Shown: piece by piece, positions 1 to 8,854 of the stretch
How positions within the stretch are numbered: the stretch's first letter is position 1
Layout of the letters: the number at the start of each line of letters is the position of its first letter
NCBI GenBank assembly: GCA_964360665.1
Contig: CAYHXS010000002.1
Span: forward strand, 1-25,147
DNA: 25,147 bases
Direction of reading: 5' to 3'
Source of the DNA: an uncultured Candidatus Saccharibacteria bacterium
GTDB taxonomy: Bacteria; Patescibacteriota; Minisyncoccia; UBA6257; 02-FULL-45-10c
Made by a program: the position numbers and the translations under genes
The notes under the pieces: model-generated
Told to the model about the DNA's origin: nothing
The model's database searches: none
The model's input: the letters and a program-made list of their open reading frames with translations, nothing else

Positions 1-15
1 TTTTTAATTGATTCC

Positions 16-280
16 ATGTTCTATAAAATTATATTTTCACTAAATTAAAATCTTGATTTTGACCAATATCAAGGCTTGTTGACGAAGGCAGATGGATATC
101 TGCCGAGGAAACATAACGCAGAGATTGGGCAAAATCAAGATTCCCTGCGGGTAAACAAATTTTGCCTAAATTCTTCGTTACTCCTCCTCGCTGCGGTAAA
201 ACCGCAAGCTCGTTGTCGCGCCTTGAATTTAAGGTAAAATTTTGTTTATTAATTAGAGAAAATATAGTTTTATAGAACAT
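16..280. mobile_element. MITE-like non-autonomous element with 28-bp imperfect terminal inverted repeats and two internal inverted hairpin units
   Basis: 16-43 atgttctataaaattatattttcactaa vs reverse complement of 253-280 atgttctataaaactatattttctctaa (26/28). Internal stems 49-70/121-142 and 153-173/225-247; inner hairpins 87-104 and 192-206. No target-site duplication or transposase seen. Confidence 0.55.
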
Positions 281-1040
281 TGCCATTGGTTAAAAATTTT
301 TTAATTGCTTCCGTTAAATTAAACTCTTCCTTAAGCCCAAAAAGTTCCGTCCCGTGGCCGGCCCCGTCAAAAATAATCAGATGCCGGGTCCTAACTTGCG
401 CCGCCGAATTATAATAAATCTGATTTTGTTCGGCATTATTACCGGTTGTCCGGTTGTCTTTCCTGCTGGCAACCAAAATAAGTTTTTGATTAGCGTCCAG
501 TTTTTTGACCAAAACACCGCTGTCTATTCCCTTATAATCTCCGGGAGAAAGAAACACGCCTCCGCCAATATCACGATGCAATGTTAAAAATTGCAAACCC
601 AGATTTGCCCCGATTGACGCGCCGATAACAGTTGTTTTTTCCGGAACCGCGCCCCTGGTTTTTAGAAATTCCCAGGCCGCTTCCACATCCTTAATGCCCA
701 CTTGATGCTGGGCATCGCTGAATTTTTGATAGCCGTCAGGACCGCCGTCCGATTTACCGTGCCCGCGCAGATCAATTGCCAGACTTTCGTATCCTAAACT
801 CCGCATTTCTCCGGCAAACTCGTCCCAGGATTCTTTTGTCGCGGGCATCATATGAATCAAAATCAACCAGCCTTTCGGCCTGGAAACTTCAAATAGGTTC
901 GCCGCTATTTTTACATTATCCGAAGCAATTAAATTAATGTCTTTTGTATTTCCAATCATCGGTAAAACCGAATTTAAACTTATAAAATAAACTGCCGCGA
1001 CCGCGGCAATTACCGCTATTATTCCAACAATAATTCTCAT
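270..1040 (-). CDS. Membrane-anchored/secreted alpha/beta-fold hydrolase (esterase-like)
   Basis: N-terminal hydrophobic segment; LIHMM oxyanion region, IDLRGHGKS, nucleophile elbow GASIG, Asp in ASRKD, His in GAGHGT. Confidence 0.85.
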   Translation of the reverse strand: MRIIVGIIAVIAAVAAVYFISLNSVLPMIGNTKDINLIASDNVKIAANLFEVSRPKGWLILIHMMPATKESWDEFAGEMRSLGYESLAIDLRGHGKSDGGPDGYQKFSDAQHQVGIKDVEAAWEFLKTRGAVPEKTTVIGASIGANLGLQFLTLHRDIGGGVFLSPGDYKGIDSGVLVKKLDANQKLILVASRKDNRTTGNNAEQNQIYYNSAAQVRTRHLIIFDGAGHGTELFGLKEEFNLTEAIKKFLTNGNVL

Positions 1041-1780
1041 AAGGACCTATTAATATGTCCTAATTCTACCATTTTTTTAACTTCTTCTTTTTTCAAACTC
1101 GCTCCGCCAACCAAAGCGCCGTCAATTTCTTTATACCGCAAATAATCGCCTATGTTTTGAGAATTTACCGAACCTCCATAAAGCACCTTAATTTGTAGTT
1201 TTTTGTCGTTATTTTGTAGTAGTTTTTTAATATAGTTTATTGTCTTTAACGCGCTTTCCGGAGTTTCCGGTTCGCCGGTGCCGATTGCCCAGACCGGCTC
1301 GTAAGCAATAATAGGGTTTAGGGCATAGGGTTTAGGGCATAGAGATAAAGCAGTTTTTAATTGCCGCTCCAGCACGCTTTCCCGCTGACCGCTGTCTTTT
1401 TCCGCCTTAGTTTCGCCAACGCATAAAATCGGTATTAAACCGCCTGCAATTACCGCCTTCAATTTCATGGCAACCGCCTCATCGCTTTCCCCCAACTTAT
1501 GCCTTCGCTCCGAATGGCCGACAATAACGTAGCGGACACCGAGATTTTTCAATTCCTCCGCTGATACTTCGCCGGTAAAAGCGCCGCCCGCGGATAAATC
1601 TCCGCCAAAAATATCCTGCGCTCCCAGTTCGGCCTTTTTCAAAATTTTCGCCGCTTCTTCAATAAAAGGAAATGGCGGGATAACCACGACATTTTTATAA
1701 TCGCTCGCTTTCGCTAAATCCAAAGCTTCATTGAGCTTGGCAGGATTCATTTTCCAATTAAATGCCAATAATTTAGCCAT
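1037..1780 (-). CDS. tpiA: Triosephosphate isomerase
   Basis: NWKMN, IVGHSERR, AYEPVWAIGTG, YGGSV and LVGGASL motifs all present. Confidence 0.97.
   Translation of the reverse strand: MAKLLAFNWKMNPAKLNEALDLAKASDYKNVVVIPPFPFIEEAAKILKKAELGAQDIFGGDLSAGGAFTGEVSAEELKNLGVRYVIVGHSERRHKLGESDEAVAMKLKAVIAGGLIPILCVGETKAEKDSGQRESVLERQLKTALSLCPKPYALNPIIAYEPVWAIGTGEPETPESALKTINYIKKLLQNNDKKLQIKVLYGGSVNSQNIGDYLRYKEIDGALVGGASLKKEEVKKMVELGHINRSL
1311..1342. repeat. Tandem 14-bp repeat (two 7-mer subunits) inside tpiA
   Basis: atagggtttagggc x2 plus atag; read as CPKPYALNP on the minus strand. Confidence 0.75.
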
Positions 1781-2402
1781 AAATTTTCTTTCTTATTATA
1801 TTCCAAATCTTCCGCCTGTCCTCCGGTGTCCTTAAAATATGAATTATTGTAGGCAAAACCGATAGAAAAATAATCAATAAAATTATCGGCAAAAGATATT
1901 TATCAATATCCGGAATCGTGTTTCCCAGATAATAACCGATAAAAGGCAAACCAACGCCCCATAAAAATCCGCCAATCAGATTAAAAGACAAAAAAGTCGG
2001 GTAATGCATTTTACCTACTCCGGCGAGAATCGGGGCAAAAGTCCTGATGCCTGGAATGAATCGCGCCAATACAATCGCCTTTTTTCCATATTTCTCGTAA
2101 AAAACCTTGGCTTTTTCCAAATTATCCTTATGGAAAAATATGGAGTCCTCCTTGGTAAAAATTTTCGGCCCAAACCGATAACCGAACGCGTAACCCACAT
2201 TATCGCCTAAAACCGCACCGATAAAAATCAAAACTATCAGAAGCCAGATATTTAAAAATCCCTGCGAAGCTAAAACCCCAGCGGCAAATAATAAACTGTC
2301 TCCCGGCAGAAAAAAACCGATTAATAATCCGGATTCGGCGAAAACAATCCCGAAAACACCCAAATATCCCGCCGCTTTGATAAACGAAACCAGATTAAAC
2401 AT
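1773..2402 (-). CDS. dedA: DedA family (SNARE-associated/VTT domain) membrane protein
   Basis: FAESGLLIGFFLPGDSLLF, GDNVGY and ARFIPGIRTF DedA motifs; multiple TM segments. Confidence 0.92.
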   Translation of the reverse strand: MFNLVSFIKAAGYLGVFGIVFAESGLLIGFFLPGDSLLFAAGVLASQGFLNIWLLIVLIFIGAVLGDNVGYAFGYRFGPKIFTKEDSIFFHKDNLEKAKVFYEKYGKKAIVLARFIPGIRTFAPILAGVGKMHYPTFLSFNLIGGFLWGVGLPFIGYYLGNTIPDIDKYLLPIILLIIFLSVLPTIIHILRTPEDRRKIWNIIRKKIYG

Positions 2403-2409
2403 GTTTAAA

Positions 2410-3405
2410 TTATTTTCTTAAAATTTTCGCCGCCTGGTCAGGATCAATGACATTGATTTCCATTCCGGTTCCCAATTCAAATCCCGCGTAAAGAGTGGAT
2501 TTCGGAATCACCTCCATGTGCCAATGATACATCTTATAATCATTTTTATCTTTAATCGGAGCCGTATGGATGAAAAAATTATAATCCGGGTCTTTAAGAT
2601 TTTTTTCAATTTTCACCAGCACTTTTTGCAAAGCTTCCACGGCGTAATCAATGTCCACGTCCAGAGTATTTTCAAAATAAGCCAGATGCTTTTTGGGAAA
2701 AATCCTGACCTCAAACGGATTTTTGGAAACAAACGGCGCGAAAGCGATAGCGCCTTTATTTTCATAAACAATCCGCTTTTTATGCTTTTTCTCAAAATCC
2801 AGCATAACGCAGTGGACGCATTTTTTTGTTTTTTTGAAATAATCAAACGACCCCCGGAAAGAATGCATCACGTCCGGCGGAATAATCGGCAAGGCAATCA
2901 TCTGGTAATGCGGGTGAAAAACCGAAGCGCCGGCTTTCGGCCCCCAATTATGAAAAATAACGAGATAGGAAACGCATTTATCGTTTAAAAGCATTAAATA
3001 CCGGTCACGAAAAGCCTCAAAAACCTGCTGGGCCTCGTTCCGGGACAACCGGCTGAAGTTTTTAACATGATTGCGAGTAATCACCAGGTCATGATGGCCG
3101 ACTGTTTCCGTGACCAAATAAGGGCCGACGCGCGTAAAATTTCCGCATTTGTTCTGATGCGTAAAAGCCGGAAATTTATTTTCTATAACCTGCAACTGCC
3201 AGTCTTTTCCGCTCCCATAAACCAAAATCGGTTTTTCATTGCCGTGAGATTGCGGATTCTCAAATGGGCAGGTTGCTTTCGGGGATGCTTTCCTTTTTTC
3301 TCCTTTTTTCAAAAATTGGTCCGGCCGGCTCCCTCTTTTCGGGGAAACAACAATCCAATCGCCGGAAACCAAGTCTTGCCTGAGTTCTGATTTATTTTTT
3401 CGCAT
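2410..3405 (-). CDS. galT: Galactose-1-phosphate uridylyltransferase (HIT superfamily)
   Basis: ELRQDLVSGDWIVVSPKRGSRP start, CPF, NKFPAF, active-site GASVFHPHYQ (HxHxQ), C-terminal YHWHMEVIP and AGFELGTG. Confidence 0.9.
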   Translation of the reverse strand: MRKNKSELRQDLVSGDWIVVSPKRGSRPDQFLKKGEKRKASPKATCPFENPQSHGNEKPILVYGSGKDWQLQVIENKFPAFTHQNKCGNFTRVGPYLVTETVGHHDLVITRNHVKNFSRLSRNEAQQVFEAFRDRYLMLLNDKCVSYLVIFHNWGPKAGASVFHPHYQMIALPIIPPDVMHSFRGSFDYFKKTKKCVHCVMLDFEKKHKKRIVYENKGAIAFAPFVSKNPFEVRIFPKKHLAYFENTLDVDIDYAVEALQKVLVKIEKNLKDPDYNFFIHTAPIKDKNDYKMYHWHMEVIPKSTLYAGFELGTGMEINVIDPDQAAKILRK

Positions 3406-3411
3406 ATATCA

Positions 3412-3417
3412 ATTATA
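3412..3417 (-). promoter_or_regulatory. -10 box (TATAAT) 6 nt upstream of the galT ATG; probable leaderless transcript
   Basis: Minus strand reads TATAAT-N6-ATG; no SD. Confidence 0.5.
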
Positions 3418-3458
3418 TCCTAAAAGATTATAAATTTCACGAGATAAATTTTCCCGTT

Positions 3459-3489
3459 AAAAAGCCTACTCCTATAAATAGGAGCAGGC
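3459..3489 (-). terminator. Intrinsic terminator downstream of mrdA
   Basis: Minus strand gcctgctccta-ttta-taggagtaggc (11-bp stem with one G-U) followed by TTTTT. Confidence 0.75.
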
Positions 3490-3541
3490 GGACATACATA
3501 TAATCCCAGCGTATTCTATAAGATTATCTATGCAGATAAGG

Positions 3542-5404
3542 TTATTTTGTCAGACGGTTCCAATAATACCAATCCAAAACATCTTTTCCGACCGGCACCG
3601 CGTTCAAACTTCCTTCGCGCGCGTTTTCAATCAAAACTAAAATGGCAATTTGTTTATCTAACGGCGCGCCCACCTCCACTAAAGCTTCGGCGGGTAAATA
3701 AGCCACGAAAAAAGCATTGGTCCGGGTATTATTGGCAACCTGCGAACTGCCTGTTTTTCCGGCAACCTGTATTGGCAGATCCGCCAACGCGTAAGCTGTT
3801 CCGTAATATTTCCGCACGGTATCTTTCATGCCCTCCTGGACTTCTTTTATTTCTCCGGATAAATCGGAAAAATCCCTGATAACTTCCGGCTCTTTTTTAA
3901 TAATATGAGGCCGATAAAATTTTCCGCCATTCGCAATAGATGCGATTTGGCTAATCAACTGGATCGGCGTAACCAAAAGGTCACCCTGGCCGATAGTAAC
4001 ATTATAAGTGTCTCCAAAGCGCCAAATGTCATTTTTCCGCGCCTCTTTTTCTTCCGGGTCAGGCAAAAAACCGGAGTTTTCCCCATCCAAATCAATTCCG
4101 GTTTTTTCTCCAAAACCGAAAAGTTTCCAGTATTCTTTCAGTTTCTCTATGCCTAATCCTTTCCGGACATCGCCGATATCACCGACGCTTGGCGGCAATC
4201 CGCCGCCCACCGCGTAAAAGAAAATATTGCTGGAACGCGCCAAAGCCGCTCGCACGTCCACCCAGCCATGCGCTTTCCAATCCAAAAACCGGCTTGGCTG
4301 GTCAGGATTATACGGATTAGGAATTTCCAAAACTCCGGAAGAAAAAACTCTGCTCTGGGGAGTAATCACGCCCTCCTTAAGTCCGGCAATCGCCACCAGC
4401 GGCTTTACGGTTGAGCCGGGCGTGTACATTCCGGAAATCGCCCGGTTAAAAAGCGGGCGGAAAAAAGCAGTTAATAAACTGATCCGTTCTTTTTTTGCCG
4501 AAGGAACCGTAAAAACATTGCTGTCATAACTGGGTATATTCACCAAAGACAAAACCTCGCCATTTTGCGGATTAACCGCTATTCCCACTCCGACATTCCT
4601 GCCCAAAGATATTAAAGCCTGCTGAAGCCGGTTGTAAAAATATTCCTGCAAATCCGCGTCAATCGTAGTATAAATATTCTGTCCATGCCGCGGCGCGTCC
4701 AATAATTTCTCGTCAAGAATTTCCCCTTTGGCGTTTTTATACATTAAACGCAAACCGTCTTCGCCGCCCAAAATACCGTCATAATATTTTTCCAAACCGG
4801 CTTTTCCGCGAAGATCACCAAGCTGGATCTGGCCGGTATAACCAACAACGGGTGCAAATGCCGGACCACCGATGTAATCCCGGCGGTAATCATCCTGAAT
4901 TTCCAAAGCCGGAATGTCCAATTTTTGTATTTCCGAAACCTGCGCCGAAGAAATATCTCGCCCCAAAGTAATCAAAGCGGTTTTCTCTAGGTCGGTTTTA
5001 TCGATGATTGACATTAAACTCTCTTTATCAGTTTCCAAAATTCCGCTTAAAGAATCCGCCATGACGTTCAAATTAATTTTTTGGCGTTTCGCCAAACCGG
5101 CATTCAACACCAAACGGAAAGCCGACTCGTTGCGCGCCATTACTTTTCCAAAACGGTCGTAAATCAACCCCCGCACCGCCGGCAAAGTAAGCGGCTGAGT
5201 GACGTTCATTGCTGAACGCCTCTTATAAAAATCACCTTTTACAACGGAAAGATAAAAAATACGGCTAAAAAAAATTCCGGCAAACAAAAACGCCACGCCT
5301 CCCATCAGTAAAAATACCCGCCGGGAAAGCGGCAATTCCAAAATATCCAAATGCCTTGCCTGGGTTTCAATAATGGCATGCTCCAGATCAAACTCCAGCT
5401 TCAT
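3542..5404 (-). CDS. mrdA: Penicillin-binding protein 2 (class B transpeptidase)
   Basis: N-terminal TM helix, PAVRGLIYDR dimerisation domain, catalytic SxxK (GSTVK), SxN (SSN) and KTG (GKTGS). Confidence 0.93.
   Translation of the reverse strand: MKLEFDLEHAIIETQARHLDILELPLSRRVFLLMGGVAFLFAGIFFSRIFYLSVVKGDFYKRRSAMNVTQPLTLPAVRGLIYDRFGKVMARNESAFRLVLNAGLAKRQKINLNVMADSLSGILETDKESLMSIIDKTDLEKTALITLGRDISSAQVSEIQKLDIPALEIQDDYRRDYIGGPAFAPVVGYTGQIQLGDLRGKAGLEKYYDGILGGEDGLRLMYKNAKGEILDEKLLDAPRHGQNIYTTIDADLQEYFYNRLQQALISLGRNVGVGIAVNPQNGEVLSLVNIPSYDSNVFTVPSAKKERISLLTAFFRPLFNRAISGMYTPGSTVKPLVAIAGLKEGVITPQSRVFSSGVLEIPNPYNPDQPSRFLDWKAHGWVDVRAALARSSNIFFYAVGGGLPPSVGDIGDVRKGLGIEKLKEYWKLFGFGEKTGIDLDGENSGFLPDPEEKEARKNDIWRFGDTYNVTIGQGDLLVTPIQLISQIASIANGGKFYRPHIIKKEPEVIRDFSDLSGEIKEVQEGMKDTVRKYYGTAYALADLPIQVAGKTGSSQVANNTRTNAFFVAYLPAEALVEVGAPLDKQIAILVLIENAREGSLNAVPVGKDVLDWYYWNRLTK
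3669..3694. repeat. In-frame palindromic element in mrdA (encodes PAEALVEVG)
   Basis: Minus strand cccgcc-gaagctttagtgga-ggtggg hairpin (one G-U) interrupting the usual FVAxAP...IA segment. Confidence 0.6.
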
Positions 5405-5410
5405 ACAAAG

Positions 5411-6457
5411 TTAAATGTTAATCTCTCTCGGCCGAAGCGGATTATTCACAATGTTGTAATATTTATCAAACTGTTCAACGGCAATACCGGCGCCGCGGGC
5501 AACCGCCGTCATCGGGTCATCAATTATTTTTACCGGCACCAGCAATTCTTTTTCCATCAGTTTATCCAAATTTTTCAACAAGCTCCCGCCGCCGCACATG
5601 TACAGACCGTTTTTAAGCATATCGCCGACTAATTCCGGCGGAGCGGTTTCAATCACCTCGCGTACGGATTCCAGTATCATTTTCAATGACCTGCTGATAG
5701 CCAGACGAATATGGCTGTCTTTCAGCAATACTTCCTTAGGCAAACCAGTCGCCATATCCCTTCCCCGGATGGCAAGTTCCATTTTCTGCTCAGGCAGAGC
5801 GGAACCGATAACCATTTTTAACTCTTCGGCAGTCGGTTCTCCGATTGCCAGTTTAAATTCCTCCCTGACAAATTTAATAATATCGTCATTCAATCTGTCG
5901 CCGGCAATTTTCAAACTTTTCGCCGTAACAATCCCGCCCATGGAAATCACCGCGATTTCCGTAGTTCCGCCGCCGATATCCACGATAAGATTCGCAGTTG
6001 GCTGGTCAATGGGCAAACGCGCCCCAAGCGCGGCCGCCAGCGGTTCTTCCAAAACATAAGCTTTTCTCGCTCCGGCGCCGATAACCGCGTCTTCCACGGA
6101 CTTTCTTTCCACCTCGGTCAAATTAGTTGGCACGCCGACTACCGCGCGGTGATAATGCAAAAAATTACCTTCCGCGCCTATTTTTTTGAAAAAATATTTC
6201 AACATCTCCTGCGTCATTTCAAAATCGGAAATAACGCCGTTAACCAGCGGCCTGATAACGGTAATATGCGCCGGCGTACGGCCAATCATTTTTTTTGCTT
6301 CCTCGCCGATTGCCAGCACCTGGCCGGTCTTATTGTTAACCGCGGCAACAGACGGCTCATTAATCACAATTCCCCTCCCGCCGACATAAATCAAAGAATT
6401 GGCCGTTCCCAGATCTACGCCGATGCTTTTTGAAAAATAATCAAAAATGTTTTTCAT
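5411..6457 (-). CDS. mreB: Rod shape-determining actin-like protein MreB (copy 1)
   Basis: GVDLGTAN, EPLAAALGA, VDIGGGTTE, GGGSLL; directly upstream of mrdA. Confidence 0.96.
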   Translation of the reverse strand: MKNIFDYFSKSIGVDLGTANSLIYVGGRGIVINEPSVAAVNNKTGQVLAIGEEAKKMIGRTPAHITVIRPLVNGVISDFEMTQEMLKYFFKKIGAEGNFLHYHRAVVGVPTNLTEVERKSVEDAVIGAGARKAYVLEEPLAAALGARLPIDQPTANLIVDIGGGTTEIAVISMGGIVTAKSLKIAGDRLNDDIIKFVREEFKLAIGEPTAEELKMVIGSALPEQKMELAIRGRDMATGLPKEVLLKDSHIRLAISRSLKMILESVREVIETAPPELVGDMLKNGLYMCGGGSLLKNLDKLMEKELLVPVKIIDDPMTAVARGAGIAVEQFDKYYNIVNNPLRPREINI

Positions 6458-6460
6458 TTT

Positions 6461-7738
6461 TTATTTCAATAATTTTCCCAATTGCGTAATGGAAATTAAT
6501 TTTGCTGATTTTTCCGAACGCTTTTTCACTTCAATCTTTTTTTCTTTTATTGTTTTTTCACTGACTATCAGCCGTAGCGGCGCCCCGATTAAATCCGCGT
6601 CATTCAGTTTTTCTCCGGGAGATGCCGTTCTTTCGTCATATAATACCTCTGATTCGCCAACGAGTCCAGCAGCGATTTTATAAACTTTTTCCGCTTCTTT
6701 TCTGACTTTTTCCGAATCTCCCAAGACAACTAAATGAACCCGAAATGGAGCAATAATTTCCGGCCACAAAATGCCTTTTTCGTCATTATATTCTTCAACT
6801 AAAGTTCCCAAAACCCGGGTTGGGCCGATTCCATAAGAACCCATAATCACAATCTGCCGGTCGCCTTTTTTATCCAAATAGAACAGGTTAAAAGCATCGG
6901 AAAATTTAGTGCCGAGCTTGAAAACATTGCCGATTTCAATGCCATGATCCATTTTAATGTTTCCCTGCCTGCCGGCAGGCAGGGCTTTTTTGCAGTTCGG
7001 GCATTTACCGCCGTGGCCGTCCTGAAAAATTTCCTTATTCTGCGCCCAATCACAGGAATCGCAATAATAAACCGTATCTTCCCCGGCCGGATTCAGAACC
7101 TGAAATTCATGCGTATATTCTTTGGTAAAAGCGCCGCCGCTCGCTTCCACGACTTTTGCCTTCAGGCAAAGCCGGCTAAAGATTTTTTTATAAGCGCCGA
7201 TTACTTTTTCATAATAAGCGTCCAAATCTTTTTTATCGGCGTGAAAACTGTATAAATCCTTCATTAAAAATTCCCGTCCGCGCAAAATTCCAGCCTGCGC
7301 CCGCGGCTCGGCGCGGAATTTCATTTGAATCTGGTAAACGGCTTTCGGCAAATCCTTATAAGAACTGATAAAGTGTTTGGCGATTGAAGAAATGACTTCC
7401 TCGTGCGTCCAACCGAGGCCGTACTGCAAATCGCGCAAATCTTTCAGATTTTCCCCTGTTTTATAAATAATATCCACATCCCAGCGTTTTGATTGCTCCC
7501 AGTATTTCTTATGCACCAAAGCCGGCATTAAAAGCTCTTCCCCGCCAACGGCGTTCATTTCCTCCCTGATTACCTGATTGATTTTATTTAAAACCCTAAA
7601 ACCAAGCGGGAGCATGGAATAAACTCCTGCCGAAGATTTGCTGATAAACCCGCCCTTAATTAAAAATTTGGCGTTTTTTGATTCTTCGCCTTCGGGCAGG
7701 TTTTTAATTGTTTTTGAAAATAATCGCGACTGCCGCAT
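6461..7738 (-). CDS. proS: Proline--tRNA ligase, short bacterial form without INS editing domain
   Basis: LGWTHEE, FRAEPRAQAGILRGREFLMKDLYSF, IEIGNVFKLG, MGSYGIG, anticodon domain DADLIG. Start moved to MRQSRLF (7738). Confidence 0.96.
   Translation of the reverse strand: MRQSRLFSKTIKNLPEGEESKNAKFLIKGGFISKSSAGVYSMLPLGFRVLNKINQVIREEMNAVGGEELLMPALVHKKYWEQSKRWDVDIIYKTGENLKDLRDLQYGLGWTHEEVISSIAKHFISSYKDLPKAVYQIQMKFRAEPRAQAGILRGREFLMKDLYSFHADKKDLDAYYEKVIGAYKKIFSRLCLKAKVVEASGGAFTKEYTHEFQVLNPAGEDTVYYCDSCDWAQNKEIFQDGHGGKCPNCKKALPAGRQGNIKMDHGIEIGNVFKLGTKFSDAFNLFYLDKKGDRQIVIMGSYGIGPTRVLGTLVEEYNDEKGILWPEIIAPFRVHLVVLGDSEKVRKEAEKVYKIAAGLVGESEVLYDERTASPGEKLNDADLIGAPLRLIVSEKTIKEKKIEVKKRSEKSAKLISITQLGKLLK
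6963..6984. repeat. Perfect 22-bp palindrome inside proS (LPAGRQG)
   Basis: ccctgcctgcc|ggcaggcaggg; reads LPAGRQG on both strands. Confidence 0.85.
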
Positions 7739-7768
7739 AAAGTAATATCTAACTAATTTTATCAATCC

Positions 7769-8803
7769 CTACCACAAAGTCAAAATGTCTTTCAGGGTAA
7801 CCAACAGAATCAAAGCCAACAAAAACATAAAGCTGGCGCCGGTAACGACAAACTCCGTTTTTACACTGACAGCGCGGCCGCGAATTTTTTCAATCGCCAA
7901 GAAAAGCAATTTTCCGCCGTCCAGCGCCGGAATCGGAATAACGTTAAAAACCGCCAAATTCAAAGAAATCAAAGCCAAAAGCTGGACAAAATATATCAGG
8001 CCGTCTTTGCTCGCCTGAATTGCCATTCCGACAATGCCAACCGGTCCGACGAATTTATCAATTACGCCTTTTTCCGTGAAAATACCCGCCAACAAACCGA
8101 ATACTCCCTTAATAATTTCCCCTACGGCCTTTAAAGACAAAACTAATCCTTCATACAAACTCCGGAAAAATCCGGTTTTCGGAATACCGGTTTCCGCCAG
8201 ATAAATCCCTAAATTACCCTCCCCTTCCGGCACTTTTACGCGCGGCGTCACCTTTATTTCCAAATCTTTGCTGTCCCGCTTAACACGCAAAACAACTTCT
8301 CTTCCTTTGTTTTCGTCTAAAAATTTCACCAATTCCGCAACAACCGTAAAATCGGAAATCCGGTCGTTTTTCATAATGCCGGCTTTTTCCGCCAAACCGC
8401 CCCCCTTAACCTCGGTTATCATCAGCGATTGCGGCACGCCAACCATGAAAACCGCCGAAGTCAGAAACCATCCCAAAATAAAATTCATCAAAACTCCGGA
8501 AACAACAATAGCCGTCCGCTTCCAAATTTTTTGGTGGCTGAAGCTCCTTTTTTCGTCTACAACGGTTTTTTCTTCAAAATGTCTTTCGCCGTAAATTTTC
8601 ACGAATCCGCCGAACGGCAGCCAGTTGAAACTGTATAAAGTCTCGCCGATTTTCCTGCTCCATAACCGCGGCGGCAGTCCGAAACCGAATTCTTCCACCA
8701 AAAGCCCGAAAAATTTAGCGGCAAAAAAATGGCCGGCTTCGTGAATAAATACCAACAAGGACAAACCTAAAATAACGATAACAATTGGCAATAATTCAAA
8801 CAT
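7769..8803 (-). CDS. rseP: RseP-like site-2 intramembrane Zn metalloprotease (M50), copy 1
   Basis: HEAGH, FGFG, PFGGFV, short PDZ-like region, NVIPIPALDGG. Start at MFELLP (8803); the ORF-track extension runs into a terminator hairpin. Confidence 0.92.
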   Translation of the reverse strand: MFELLPIVIVILGLSLLVFIHEAGHFFAAKFFGLLVEEFGFGLPPRLWSRKIGETLYSFNWLPFGGFVKIYGERHFEEKTVVDEKRSFSHQKIWKRTAIVVSGVLMNFILGWFLTSAVFMVGVPQSLMITEVKGGGLAEKAGIMKNDRISDFTVVAELVKFLDENKGREVVLRVKRDSKDLEIKVTPRVKVPEGEGNLGIYLAETGIPKTGFFRSLYEGLVLSLKAVGEIIKGVFGLLAGIFTEKGVIDKFVGPVGIVGMAIQASKDGLIYFVQLLALISLNLAVFNVIPIPALDGGKLLFLAIEKIRGRAVSVKTEFVVTGASFMFLLALILLVTLKDILTLW

Positions 8804-8809
8804 ATTAAA

Positions 8810-8818
8810 ATAATAACA
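8810..8818 (-). promoter_or_regulatory. Extended -10 (TGnTATTAT) 6 nt upstream of the rseP copy 1 ATG
   Basis: Minus strand tg-t-tattat-tttaat-ATG. Confidence 0.5.
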
Positions 8819-8820
8819 TA

Positions 8821-8846
8821 AAAAATCACCCTCCAAAGGAGGGTGA
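8821..8846 (-). terminator. Intrinsic terminator between the two rseP genes
   Basis: tcaccctcc-(3 nt)-ggagggtga 9-bp perfect stem followed by TTTTT on the minus strand. Confidence 0.8.
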
Positions 8847-8854
8847 AATATAAT

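Noticed and set aside
1-17. Minus-strand ATG (MESIK...) possibly starting the next gene, e.g. pgk
   Set aside because: Only 5 codons are visible; identity cannot be supported.
29-286. 85-aa ORF from the track
   Set aside because: Lies within the TIR and hairpin element; no protein-like features.
1311-1342. TTTAGGG resemblance to telomere repeats
   Set aside because: Only two copies, inside an intact bacterial gene; coincidental.
1590-1605. gcgga/tccgc hairpin in tpiA (GGDLSAG)
   Set aside because: Only a 5-bp stem with a ~3-aa length excess; could be chance.
3437-3499. 20-aa hydrophobic minus-strand ORF MYVRLLLFIGVGFLTGKFIS
   Set aside because: Runs through the mrdA terminator hairpin; better explained by the terminator.
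4191-4207. ggcggc/gccgcc hairpin in mrdA (GGGLPP)
   Set aside because: Explained by Gly and Pro codons; insertion not demonstrable.
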